Positions 1 to 8,429 of a stretch of DNA of 64,000 nt are shown piece by piece (position 1 is the stretch's first letter; every line of letters begins with the position of its first letter). The translations under genes were made by a program, and so were the position numbers. The stretch covers positions 12,256-76,255 of the forward strand of contig CAVPIF010000003.1 of assembly GCA_963704935.1 (NCBI GenBank), given 5' to 3'. Source of the stretch: an uncultured Chloroflexia bacterium. GTDB lineage: Bacteria; Chloroflexota; Limnocylindria; Limnocylindrales; CSP1-4. The notes beneath the pieces are model-generated. The model was not told where the DNA came from and ran no database searches. It worked only from the letters and a program-made list of their open reading frames with translations.

Positions 1-179
1 AGTATTTTCACCACGGTGGCGAGCTTCTCCCGCTCGGGCGGCGGCAATTGCGCGGCGCCGGGGGCGAAGGCGATGGTATCCAGATCCTGACCTTTGACCC
101 CGAGCGCTCCGGCCAGCAGGCGGAACGGGGCGGTGACCGCCTTGGTGATCAGATTCCCCAGGGCCTTCCAGACGATCTG
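1..179 (-). pseudogene. C-terminal fragment resembling DUF748/AsmA-like proteins; runs off the left edge
   Basis: My minus-strand translation gives ...IVWKALGNLITKAVTAPFRLLAGALGVKGQDLDTIAFAPGAAQLPPPEREKLATVVKIL. From memory this resembles the conserved C-terminal block of DUF748 proteins. It is a fragment only. G+C is visibly lower than in the bulk of the window. Confidence 0.3.
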
Positions 180-225
180 CCAGCAATACGTTGCCCTTGC
201 GGGCACCGATACGACGTATTGCTGG
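180..225. repeat. Hairpin-forming inverted repeat at the joint between two unrelated gene fragments
   Basis: CAGCAATACG (181-190) is the exact reverse complement of CGTATTGCTG (215-224). Pairing extends by the flanking c180/g225 and t191/a214. The two protein-like fragments stop on either side of it. Confidence 0.6.
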
Positions 226-1180
226 AGACTGTTGGTGAATCCGCCCAGCACATTGGAGAGGCCGTAGACCGCCTGCACATCGGCCGGAGCGGGCGCGATG
301 ACGAGATAGCTTTGCCCGGCGATGCTGGTTCCCTGCGGAAACGTGAAGGAGACATTGCCCGCGAGCTGCCAGCCGCCGAGATTCTCCGGCCACGGATTCG
401 AGTTGTAGAGTTCGATGAACTCGAGGTTGCGGCCATCGGTGCGGTCGCGCGGATGATACATGATTTCCGAAAAGGCCAGTCCGCTGCGCCGGCGCGGCGG
501 GCCGATGGGTTCATAAGCAGGTTGCGCGGGCGGCGTGAAAACTGCGGTGAGCATCGCGTTGGAGCTTTGGGCCGACCCGGCGGAATTCGAAACGATCACG
601 TTGTAGATGCCCGTGTCGGAGGTGGAGACGGAGTCAATCGAAAGCGTGGCATTGGTCGCGCCGGAAATTGGGCTGTTGTTGAGCCGCCACTGGTAGGAGA
701 AAGGCTTGCTGCCCGTGGCCTTGACGGTGAAGGCGGCGGGATCCTGCAGGCTGACGGTCACGGATTGCGGGTGCGCGGTGATGGTGGGCGGCGTGCCGGG
801 CGGGAGCGGTGGGTCCGCCGTGCCGGGCTAAGTTCAGCGCGAAAGCCAGTGGGATTGACCGTGGTGCCGGCGTTGTTGATCACGAAGTCGAGCGTGTTGG
901 TGCCATCGATGAATCCGCTGCTGATGGTCCAGTTGCCCGAGAACGTGCCAAAGTTCCCGTCGTAGTTGATGCCGGTGCGGGTGCCGTTGATCAGGATGTC
1001 GGTCGCGCCGTTGTCCGAGGTCCACCTTCCGGTGATGACCGCGGTGTCCGGGTCAGATCGGTCAGGCTGAACGTGAGGCGATAGACGTAATTGCCGGGCA
1101 GATTGCCGCTGGCCTGGCTGGCCTGGGGCGAAATCCATTTCGAGGTCGGGCCGTTGGCGAGCCACGGCCCGGCGCGGGCC
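226..1180 (-). pseudogene. 5'-truncated, frameshifted remnant of a large secreted repeat protein with a jelly-roll module, an Ig-like module and a lamin-tail domain
   Basis: The minus-strand translation contains WLANGPTSKWISPQ...GNYVYRLTFSLTDL, then TAVITGRWTSDNGATDILINGTRTG...GTNTLDFVINNAGTTVNPTGFRAEL. It continues with TITAHPQSVTVSLQDPAAFTVKATGSKPFSYQWRLNN...GIYNVIVSNSAGS (Ig-like) and LAFSEIMYHPRDRTDGRNLEFIELYNSN...LVIAPAPADVQAVYG (lamin-tail domain). These modules are typical of Verrucomicrobia/Planctomycetes-type proteins. At least two frame changes are needed (~835 and ~1060). An in-frame TAG at ~1181 cuts off the N-terminus, and the lamin-tail domain breaks off at ~226. Confidence 0.5.
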
Positions 1181-1195
1181 TAGCACGGTCACCGC

Positions 1196-1642
1196 GTGTC
1201 CGATCGACGAACTCGGTGCGATCACGAGCGGACTCATCTCTCTGAGCTTGACGAGCGCGGCTTGACGATAGTCGATCGCGGTCGACTGCTAGCCATCTTC
1301 TCCCCACTGATAGAAGCATCCCGTGAGCGCCTGGCCGAAGAGCTCGAGACCAACCGAATTCTCATCGGACAGACATACGGCAATGAGGGACTCGAGTCCT
1401 TCCGGACCTTGACCGACTTCGAGGCGCCAGTCGCGGTCGGCAGCTATTTCCGGCAGAAGGCAGACGAGCTCTCCAGCGCCAGCTCGATGCTGAGCGCGCG
1501 TCGCGTGAGGCACTTGCTGAGCGCAAACGGCTGGGATGACTCACAACGCGAGGAGTTGGCGCGCCTTCGAGCCGCCGAGAAGCAACGCAAAGCCAAGATT
1601 GCCGCCAAGCAGCGGTCCGTTAGGAATAGGCGTCGCCGATAG
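1196..1642 (+). CDS. Hypothetical protein (148 aa, basic C-terminal tail); possibly N-terminally truncated
   Basis: ORF track 1196..1642. Codon usage and G+C are lower than in the neighbouring genes. I recognise no motif. It starts right at the apparent sequence junction (~1180-1200). Confidence 0.3.
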   Translation: MSDRRTRCDHERTHLSELDERGLTIVDRGRLLAIFSPLIEASRERLAEELETNRILIGQTYGNEGLESFRTLTDFEAPVAVGSYFRQKADELSSASSMLSARRVRHLLSANGWDDSQREELARLRAAEKQRKAKIAAKQRSVRNRRRR

Positions 1643-1776
1643 ACGTAGACATAACTCACCTTATCGGCAGTGAGTAACGGACCTTGCGGACGGCGGTGGC
1701 GACGGTTTGTCGTTCGTTCCAGATCCCGGGGTCGACGATGACCAGGCCACCCGCAGGCGTCTCCGCCCCGACGCTC

Positions 1777-2181
1777 CTACGTCCAGTTCCGCGGATCGAG
1801 CATCTGGACCAGGTGGGCGGCGCCGCGCACCAGGCGTACATCGGTCGTCAGGATCGAGCACGACAACCGTTGCGCCAGGACGACGTACTCGGCGTCGTAG
1901 GTCTTCGCCCAGCCGAGCGAGCGCGCCAATGCCAGCGCTGCGCGCCGGTGCCCGTCGTCGGTCTCGAGGATCTGCACGGTCATGGCCTCGAGCCGATCGA
2001 AGGCGTCGAGTACGGCGCCCTGCGGGATCGCGCCACGAAATGCGGCGGAGGCGAGCGATGACGTTCGCTCCGACAGGAACAGCGGCGGTGCGACCAGCTC
2101 GAAGCGCTCCAACTCGGCCGTCGGGCCATCAGACAGGGCGACATGGAGGGCGGCACTCGCGTCGACCACGAGCGCCGGCAT
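1777..2181 (-). CDS. vapC: PIN-domain ribonuclease toxin (VapC family)
   Basis: 134-aa ORF. The N-terminal VVDASAAL motif and the C-terminal ILTTDVRL motif supply acidic PIN residues. A 4-nt ATGA overlap links it to the upstream small HTH gene. Confidence 0.8.
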   Translation of the reverse strand: MPALVVDASAALHVALSDGPTAELERFELVAPPLFLSERTSSLASAAFRGAIPQGAVLDAFDRLEAMTVQILETDDGHRRAALALARSLGWAKTYDAEYVVLAQRLSCSILTTDVRLVRGAAHLVQMLDPRNWT

Positions 2182-2432
2182 CAGTGTTCCGACCGCTGTT
2201 CACGGACGATGGCAGCCCAATCGGGCATCGGCCCACCCCAGAATCCTCGCTTCCAGTGTGCTGGCAGAGGCATCGTGTCGGATGATCCTCGCAACACTTC
2301 GGCGAGGTCCTCCTCTTCGAGGACGTGCTGGGTGCCCACCTTGCGAGCACGGAGTTTTCCCTCGCGGATCCAGCGGCGGATGGTCTCCGGATTGCGCCCA
2401 GCGCGCTTCGCGGCTTCAGGGACGGTCAACAT
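2181..2432 (-). CDS. Antitoxin with an excisionase/MerR-type helix-turn-helix
   Basis: 83-aa ORF. LTVPEAAKRAGRNPETIRRWIREGKLRARKVG is an excisionase-family HTH. It is translationally coupled to vapC. Confidence 0.75.
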   Translation of the reverse strand: MLTVPEAAKRAGRNPETIRRWIREGKLRARKVGTQHVLEEEDLAEVLRGSSDTMPLPAHWKRGFWGGPMPDWAAIVREQRSEH

Positions 2433-2433
2433 C

Positions 2434-2458
2434 GTTGTTGCATACTACAACATGTTGT
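2434..2458. promoter_or_regulatory. Putative operator of the toxin-antitoxin operon
   Basis: Half-sites GTTGT (2434-2438), ACAAC (2447-2451) and GTTGT (2454-2458) lie directly upstream of the antitoxin start. They include the perfect 12-bp palindrome ACAACATGTTGT (2447-2458), inside a locally AT-richer patch. Confidence 0.45.
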
Positions 2459-2565
2459 CGTGGGGTCGACCACCTGTCACACCATACGTCCGGGCAGCCC
2501 GTCGAGGCGCTACATTTCGCGCAGGTCCGACGCTGTGACGGACGCATCGACCGACGGGGGCGCCG

Positions 2566-3831
2566 ATGGACCTCGAGCGGAACGTGACTAGCGTGGCCTG
2601 TCCGGCTTGTGGGCACGAGATCCTCGTTGATCGGCGGTTCGTCCCTTGGTGCGATGCGTGCGAGTGGAACGTCGACGTGGGGGTCCCTCCCCCGTCCACC
2701 CATCGCCTGGATCGGCTGGTTTCGGGAGTGTCCGGCACCCTGGCCTCCCGCCTCGCCGCCCGCGAGGACCTCGCCTCGGCCTCGGGCCGGCGCTTCGGTC
2801 GGGCGATCGTCGTGGCCGTCTCGATCGTCGTCGTCGGGCTCTGGGTCTGCCTCGGCATCGGCGGGATCTGGATCGTGTTCAACACGCCGGGCTTCCTGCC
2901 GCTGGTGGGCGGCGTCCTCGTGCTGGCCGCGTTCGCGAGTCGCCCGAGGTTCTACGCGGCCCCGCAGGTGCGCCTGGACCCCGCGACGACGCCGGCCCTG
3001 CATCGGTTCGTTGCGGACATCGCCGACCGGATGGGGTCACGGGTTCCGGACGCGATCGCCTTCGACGAGCAGTGGAACGCCGTCACGTATCGATTCGGCG
3101 TCCGGCAGCGGACGGCGATGGTGATCGGGATGCCCGTCTGGCGAGCCCTGGGACCGGCGGCCCGTGCGGCGCTCGTCGGGCATGAACTCGGCCACCGCGT
3201 CAACGGCGATCTGCGGCGCGGGATGCTGGTCGGTACGGCGATCGAGACGCTGGTGACCTGGGCCGCCTTCCTGACCCCGGAGGACATCACCGGCGGCGAT
3301 CGGGGCCTCACCGGGATCGTGATGATCCCGCTCAACATCGTGCTGTACGCGATCGCCCACGGAATCCGCCTCATCGTGCTCGGCATCCTCGTCCTCACGT
3401 TCCATGACGGTCGCCGAGCCGAGTTCCTGGCCGATCGCAAGGCGGCGTCGGCGGCGGGCATCGATGGGACCAGGACGGCCCTGCGGACCATCCGCGATCA
3501 GGGCGCCTTCGAACGCGCCGTCGCGACGGTCGTCAGGCGCTCGCTGCCGCCCGGCGATCTGTATGCGGCGCTCGTGGCCGAGCTGGACGCGACGCCGCCC
3601 TCCGCGACGGAGCGCTTGGACCGGCTCCAGCGGCGGGCGGGGCCGCAGCTGGGCGAAACGCACCCACCGATGTATCAGCGCCTCGAGCGACTGGCCGTGC
3701 TGGAGGGGCTCCCGGACGCGATGGTCGTGGACCCCGAGCTCATGGCTGCGATCGACCGAGAGCTCGCACCGTTCGAGGAGGCCCCGGCGAGGGCGGCGGC
3801 CGACGCCTATCGCCTCGAGATCCTCGGCTAG
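2566..3831 (+). CDS. Membrane M48-family zinc metallopeptidase with an N-terminal zinc-ribbon
   Basis: 421-aa ORF. It has an N-terminal CPACG...CDAC motif, hydrophobic segments (AIVVAVSIVVVGLWVCLGIGGIWIVF, LPLVGGVLVLAAF) and the HExxH motif VGHELGHRVNGD. Confidence 0.75.
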   Translation: MDLERNVTSVACPACGHEILVDRRFVPWCDACEWNVDVGVPPPSTHRLDRLVSGVSGTLASRLAAREDLASASGRRFGRAIVVAVSIVVVGLWVCLGIGGIWIVFNTPGFLPLVGGVLVLAAFASRPRFYAAPQVRLDPATTPALHRFVADIADRMGSRVPDAIAFDEQWNAVTYRFGVRQRTAMVIGMPVWRALGPAARAALVGHELGHRVNGDLRRGMLVGTAIETLVTWAAFLTPEDITGGDRGLTGIVMIPLNIVLYAIAHGIRLIVLGILVLTFHDGRRAEFLADRKAASAAGIDGTRTALRTIRDQGAFERAVATVVRRSLPPGDLYAALVAELDATPPSATERLDRLQRRAGPQLGETHPPMYQRLERLAVLEGLPDAMVVDPELMAAIDRELAPFEEAPARAAADAYRLEILG

Positions 3832-4262
3832 TCCAGGGCATCAGCCGCGGGTCGATACTCGCTGATCTCGAACAGATGGCCGTCCGGGTCCCGGAAGAAG
3901 CAACGCGTCTCGGCGCCGTTGGTCACCGGCGGCGTCAGGAAGACGGCGCCGCGGCCTCGGAGCTCCTCGCAGACGGCGTGGCAGTCGTCGACGCGCATCG
4001 TGAACAGGTGGTCCAGGGTGGTCGGATCGGCCGGCGGGACGAGGGTGACGTCCGGCTTGTCGTCGGTCGGTCCCCCACCGGTCACCAACAGGAGCCAGGC
4101 GGTGCCCAGCTGGAGCACGACGGACGTGCCGCCGTACTCGCCGTAGAGCTTCGCGCCGAGCACGTCGAGGTACCACGCACGTGACCGCGCCAGATCGGAG
4201 ACGACGAGGATGGTCGTGACGGCAAGGTCAGGGTTCGGGAACGGCATACGCCATCCTGCCAC
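3828..4262 (-). CDS. VOC/glyoxalase-family protein
   Basis: 144-aa ORF. The size and the pattern ...TILVVSDLARSRAWYLDVLG...FFRDPDGHLFEI are typical of the glyoxalase/bleomycin-resistance fold. Confidence 0.7.
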   Translation of the reverse strand: MAGWRMPFPNPDLAVTTILVVSDLARSRAWYLDVLGAKLYGEYGGTSVVLQLGTAWLLLVTGGGPTDDKPDVTLVPPADPTTLDHLFTMRVDDCHAVCEELRGRGAVFLTPPVTNGAETRCFFRDPDGHLFEISEYRPAADALD

Positions 4263-4339
4263 GAGCGCGACACGACCCGCTCACCGCCACCGGATCATCC
4301 GGAGCAGGTTGTGCGTCCGGTCGAGTCGACGGAGGAGGC

Positions 4340-6253
4340 TCAGAGGTCCTGGAGACCGATCCCGGTGCCGGTGTCCGCCTCGGCGCGCCCCCGCTCGACC
4401 CGTTCCCATGCCCCATCGATCCCGTCGAGGATCTCCGTTACGCCGTGCGCGTCGGGGTCGACCTCGGCCGCGAACTGGAGCCGGTAAAGCCGCGCATACA
4501 GCCCCTCGCGCGCCAACAGGGCCCCGTGCGTCCCGAGCTCCACCAACCAGCCGTCGTCGAGTACGGCGATCCGGTCCGCCTCGCGGATGGTCGACAGCCG
4601 GTGGGCGATGATGATCGTCGTCCGCCCGCGCTTGAGCCGCTCCAGCGCCTCCTGGACAAGCCGCTCCGACTCGTTGTCGAGCGAACTCGTGGCCTCGTCG
4701 AGCAGCAGGATCGGCGGGTCCTTGAGGATCGCCCGGGCGATCGCGACGCGCTGGCGCTGGCCGCCGGACAGCCGCATGCCGCGGTCGCCGACGGTCGTGG
4801 AGTAGCCGTCCGGCAGGGCGGCGATGAAGTCGTGGGCGTTGGCCGCCCGGGCCGCCTCCACCAGTTCGTCATCCGACGCGTCCAGGCGGCCGTACAGGAT
4901 GTTCTCGCGGATCGAGCCGCCGAACAGGGTCGCTTCCTGGGGCACCAGGCCGACCTGGGCGCGCAGGCTCTCCACCGTGACCTCGCGAACGTCCTGGCCG
5001 TCGATCCGGATCGCGCCGTCGGTGACGTCCCACAGCCGCGGGATGAGGCCGGCCAGCGTCGTCTTGCCCGCACCGGACGGCCCGACCAGGGCGAGGACCT
5101 CCCCTGCCGGGATGTCCAGGCTGATGTCGCGCAGCACCGACCGCTCCGCGGTATAGCCGAACGACACGTGGTCGAGCTCGATCCGCCCACGCACCCGGGC
5201 GAGCGGCCGGGCGCCTGGGGCGTCGACCACGGTCGGGCGCAGGTCGATCAGCTCGAACACCCGCTGGACGGCGCCGGTCCCCTCCCGGAACTGGCCGTAC
5301 AGACCGGCGATCGAGCCCAGGCTGGCGCCGATGGCGACGCCGTAGAGCAGGAACCCGGTCAGCGTCCCGATCCCGAGCGTGCCGTCGATGACCTGGCGCC
5401 CGGTGTACCACAGCAGCGCCGCGATGGCCCCGAACCCCAGGAACCCCATCAGGGCCCCGAAGCCGGCCCTCCACAGGGCCAGCCGCGAACCGGCCGCTAC
5501 CACGCCACGCAGGGCCTCGTCGTAGCGATGGAGCTCCCAGTCCTCGCGCACGTAGCTCTTGACGACCCGGATCCCGGAGAGGGCCTCCTCCGCGGTCGTC
5601 GTGCTCGCGGCGATCATGTCCTGGACCTGCGTGCTGACCCGCTGGAGCGGCCGTCCGAACACGATCGCCACCGCGATCAGGGCCGGGGCCAGCAGGAGCA
5701 CGACGAACAGGAGGGTCGGGCTGAGGGTGAACAGGATGATGATCGAGCCGATCAGCCCGATGACCGACGACAGCAGGCTGGTCGTCGTCTGGGTGAGCAT
5801 CGTCCGGATCAGGGTCACGTCGCTCGACAGGCGCGACACGAGCTCGCCGACCCGGCGCTCCCCGTGGAAGTCGAGCGACAGGGTGATCAGCCGGCCGTAC
5901 AGCTCGCCGCGCATCTGGGCCACGACCCGCTCCCCCACCACCCCGAGGAGCCAGGTCTGGATGAAGCCGCCGACGGCCTGGAGGACGAACAGGGCGACGA
6001 GCAGGAAGATCAGCCGGTCCAGGCCGGCGAGATCCCCGCCGGCGACCACCTGGGTCGTGATGCCGGCGATGATCAGCGGGAAGGCGAGCCCGATGGCGGA
6101 GCCGAGCAGCAGCCCGACCAGGGCGACGGAGAACGGGCGCAGGTGTGGGCGGAGGTAGCCGAGTAGTCGCGCCCACGGCACCCCGCCGAGGCCGCGGACC
6201 TCGCGGACGACCTCGCCGGCATCGGTCGGCATCCGCGCGAACTGGCGGGTCAT
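4340..6253 (-). CDS. ABC exporter with fused permease and ATPase (MsbA/MdlB-like)
   Basis: Within ORF 4340..6433. It has six hydrophobic segments followed by Walker A GPSGAGKTT, signature LSGGQRQR and Walker B ILLLDEATS. I chose the start at MTRQFARM (6253); the longer ORF start at 6433 is less likely. Confidence 0.85.
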   Translation of the reverse strand: MTRQFARMPTDAGEVVREVRGLGGVPWARLLGYLRPHLRPFSVALVGLLLGSAIGLAFPLIIAGITTQVVAGGDLAGLDRLIFLLVALFVLQAVGGFIQTWLLGVVGERVVAQMRGELYGRLITLSLDFHGERRVGELVSRLSSDVTLIRTMLTQTTTSLLSSVIGLIGSIIILFTLSPTLLFVVLLLAPALIAVAIVFGRPLQRVSTQVQDMIAASTTTAEEALSGIRVVKSYVREDWELHRYDEALRGVVAAGSRLALWRAGFGALMGFLGFGAIAALLWYTGRQVIDGTLGIGTLTGFLLYGVAIGASLGSIAGLYGQFREGTGAVQRVFELIDLRPTVVDAPGARPLARVRGRIELDHVSFGYTAERSVLRDISLDIPAGEVLALVGPSGAGKTTLAGLIPRLWDVTDGAIRIDGQDVREVTVESLRAQVGLVPQEATLFGGSIRENILYGRLDASDDELVEAARAANAHDFIAALPDGYSTTVGDRGMRLSGGQRQRVAIARAILKDPPILLLDEATSSLDNESERLVQEALERLKRGRTTIIIAHRLSTIREADRIAVLDDGWLVELGTHGALLAREGLYARLYRLQFAAEVDPDAHGVTEILDGIDGAWERVERGRAEADTGTGIGLQDL

Positions 6254-6497
6254 CGCAACCCCATGTGCGCGACGGCCAGGGCGAGCGGGACGCCCGGACA
6301 CACGAAAACGCCCGAAGGAACTACCGGTCCGTAGTCGACACCGCCGATGTAAACACCTGCGACACCGCTTTCGGTCTGGAGCCCCTTCGAGCAACAAGAA
6401 TGTACCCCGGGGGCGCATCCCCGCGAAAGCCACTTATCCACGAGATTCGAAGTTGCCTGCCGGTTTCGGGATGGGTTGTCCACACCGCGTCCACATT

Positions 6498-7067
6498 TCA
6501 GTCCTCGAGCGGCCACGCCCGGGCGTCGCGCAGCACCGTGGAGCCGGTCGGATCGAGTTGGATGTCGAGGACTTCCGGGGAGTCCACGGACCGAAGCTCC
6601 CAGGTCCCGTGCGGTCGCCGCTGCACACGCCAGCGCTCGGGTCGCGGTTCGAGGGCGTCATCGACGCGGAGGGCGGCGAACCCATCCTGCCCGCCCGCAC
6701 CGGCAGCGGGACCCGCCTGCTCGACGGCGAGCTCCGCGAGGATGGGTGACTCCGGGAGCACGATCACGTGATCCGGGCTCCAGTCGAAGGTCAGGTGGCG
6801 GATCCCGCCCGGCGTGACGACGTTCCCGTGCAGGGAGCTCCCATCCGGTCCCGGGTGGAGCGTGAGGAGCCCGGCAGCGGTGCTCAGTTCCAGCCGCGTG
6901 ACCGTGCGCGTCGGGGAGATCTCCAGCAGCAGCGAGCGCCGCAGCTCGCCGTCGGCCGTGCTGATCGCCTCACGACATCGCGTGCCGCGAACGCCTTCGG
7001 CGGTGCTCCAGACCAGTCGCTCGCCGGAGACCAGTGTCGCCCGGCCGCCGCGCCGCAGCCAGGGCAT
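6498..7067 (-). CDS. Hypothetical protein (189 aa)
   Basis: ORF track. Its ATG overlaps the corrected hflX stop (TGATG), which suggests co-translation. I recognise no family with confidence. Confidence 0.5.
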   Translation of the reverse strand: MPWLRRGGRATLVSGERLVWSTAEGVRGTRCREAISTADGELRRSLLLEISPTRTVTRLELSTAAGLLTLHPGPDGSSLHGNVVTPGGIRHLTFDWSPDHVIVLPESPILAELAVEQAGPAAGAGGQDGFAALRVDDALEPRPERWRVQRRPHGTWELRSVDSPEVLDIQLDPTGSTVLRDARAWPLED

Positions 7068-8404
7068 CAGGCGATCGGGGTGGTTGCGATCCCGGCCGGC
7101 TCCGGGGCGCCTCCGCGGCCTCCGCCCAGCGGACGGCGGCGGAGTCCAGTTCGCCGGCGAGGGCCGGTGCCACCCGTCCCAGGATCCGGACGTCGCGCTC
7201 CCCGTATTCGATCTCGATCGTCCCGCGCTCGCGGACCCGGGCCAGCAGTTCCCCTTCCGCGTATGGGAGCCGGACGTCCACGTCCACCCACAGCGAGGCG
7301 AGGACCGCGGCGACTTCGGCGCGCAGCGTATCGAGACCGAACCCGGTCAGGGCGGAGACCAGGACCGCGCCCGCGATCGCCGGGGCGACCGCCCCGCCGT
7401 CGAGGGCCGCGCGCTCCACGAGATCCGCCTTGTTGAGGGCCACGACCCGCGGCTTGTCGCCCGCCCCGAGCTCGTCGAGGACGGTCTGGACGGTGGTCCG
7501 GTGTTCGGCCCGATGCGGATCCGCGGCGTCCACGACCTCGATGAGCACGTCGGCGCGGTTGACCTCTTCGAGGGTGGCCCGGAACGCGTCGACCAGCTGG
7601 TGCGGGAGCTTGTGGATGAACCCGACCGTGTCGGTCACGATGGCCGTCTGGCCGTCACCGAGCTTCACCTGGCGGCTGGTCGGGTCGAGCGTGGCGAACA
7701 GCTTGTCTTCCGCCTTGGCGACCGTCGTCCGACCAGCGAATTGAGCAGGGTCGACTTCCCGGCGTTGGTGTAGCCGACGATGCCGACCGTGGGCCAGTAG
7801 ACGCCGGTCGCGGCCGCGGGCGGCAGTCGAGCGCTGTTGGCGGACCTGCTCCACCCGCTCCTTCATCTTCGTGATCCGGGTGCGGATGATCCGGCGGTCC
7901 GTCTCGAGCTGGCTCTCGCCCGGGCCCCGCGAGCCGATGCCGCCCTGCGTCCGCGACAGGTGCGTCCACAGGCGGGTCAGTCGCGGCAGCAGGTACTCCA
8001 GCTGGGCGAGCTCCACCTGGAGCCGACCTTCATGGGTCTGGGCGTGGAGCGCGAAGATGTCCAGGATCAGGCGACTCCGGTCGATGACCTTGACGTTGAG
8101 CAGCTCCTCCAGGGAGCGCTGCTGCGATGGCGACAGCTCGTCATCCGCCACGAGCGTGCCGAACCCGGTCTCGCGCTTCGCCGCGAGCAGGTCCTCCGCC
8201 TTGCCCTTGCCGATGTACCAGTTCGGGTCGATATGGCGCCGGTTCTGCCATTCCGCCCCCGACGACCTCCGCTCCGGCGGTCACGGCCAGGCTGGCCAGC
8301 TCGGAGAGCGATTCCTGGGCGCTCCAGCCGTCCGCAGCGCCCGTGTCGACGGCCACGAGGAAGACCTTCTCGGCGGGCGGCTCGAGGTCGATGAGCTCGG
8401 TCAT
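7067..8404 (-). CDS. hflX: GTPase HflX; the reading frame is broken about 4 times
   Basis: The N-domain (MTELIDLEPPAEKVFLVAVD...AEVVG) and the continuation (WQNRRHIDPNWYIGKGKAEDL...DELSPSQQRSLEELLN) lie in different frames, changing at the C-run 8256-8260. The P-loop PTVGIVGYTNAGKSTLLNSLVG is readable only in a shifted frame (~7740-7810). The C-terminal stop is reached only after a shift at ~7095. GAGGA lies 8 nt before the ATG at 8404. Confidence 0.8.
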
Positions 8405-8429
8405 GCGGGGCATCCTCGAAGGATAGTCC

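Noticed and set aside
4445-6166. Long antisense or shadow ORFs opposite well-supported genes. Examples are 4445..6166, 14956..16059, 19945..20946, 28588..30375, 33008..34417, 35734..37275, 38799..41129, 42667..43545, 45128..46126, 47853..49697, 49902..51773, 53025..54239, 54524..55909 and 58495..61032.
   Set aside because: Their translations are Arg/Pro/Gly/Asp-rich low-complexity strings with no motifs. Each lies opposite or out of frame to a gene with clear family signatures. Stop codons are rare in all frames at this G+C.
6254-6497. A riboswitch or sRNA in the 244-bp lower-G+C spacer upstream of the ABC exporter
   Set aside because: I find only a 9-nt direct repeat (GCGGTGTCG x2) and weak hairpins, and I recognise no conserved riboswitch core.
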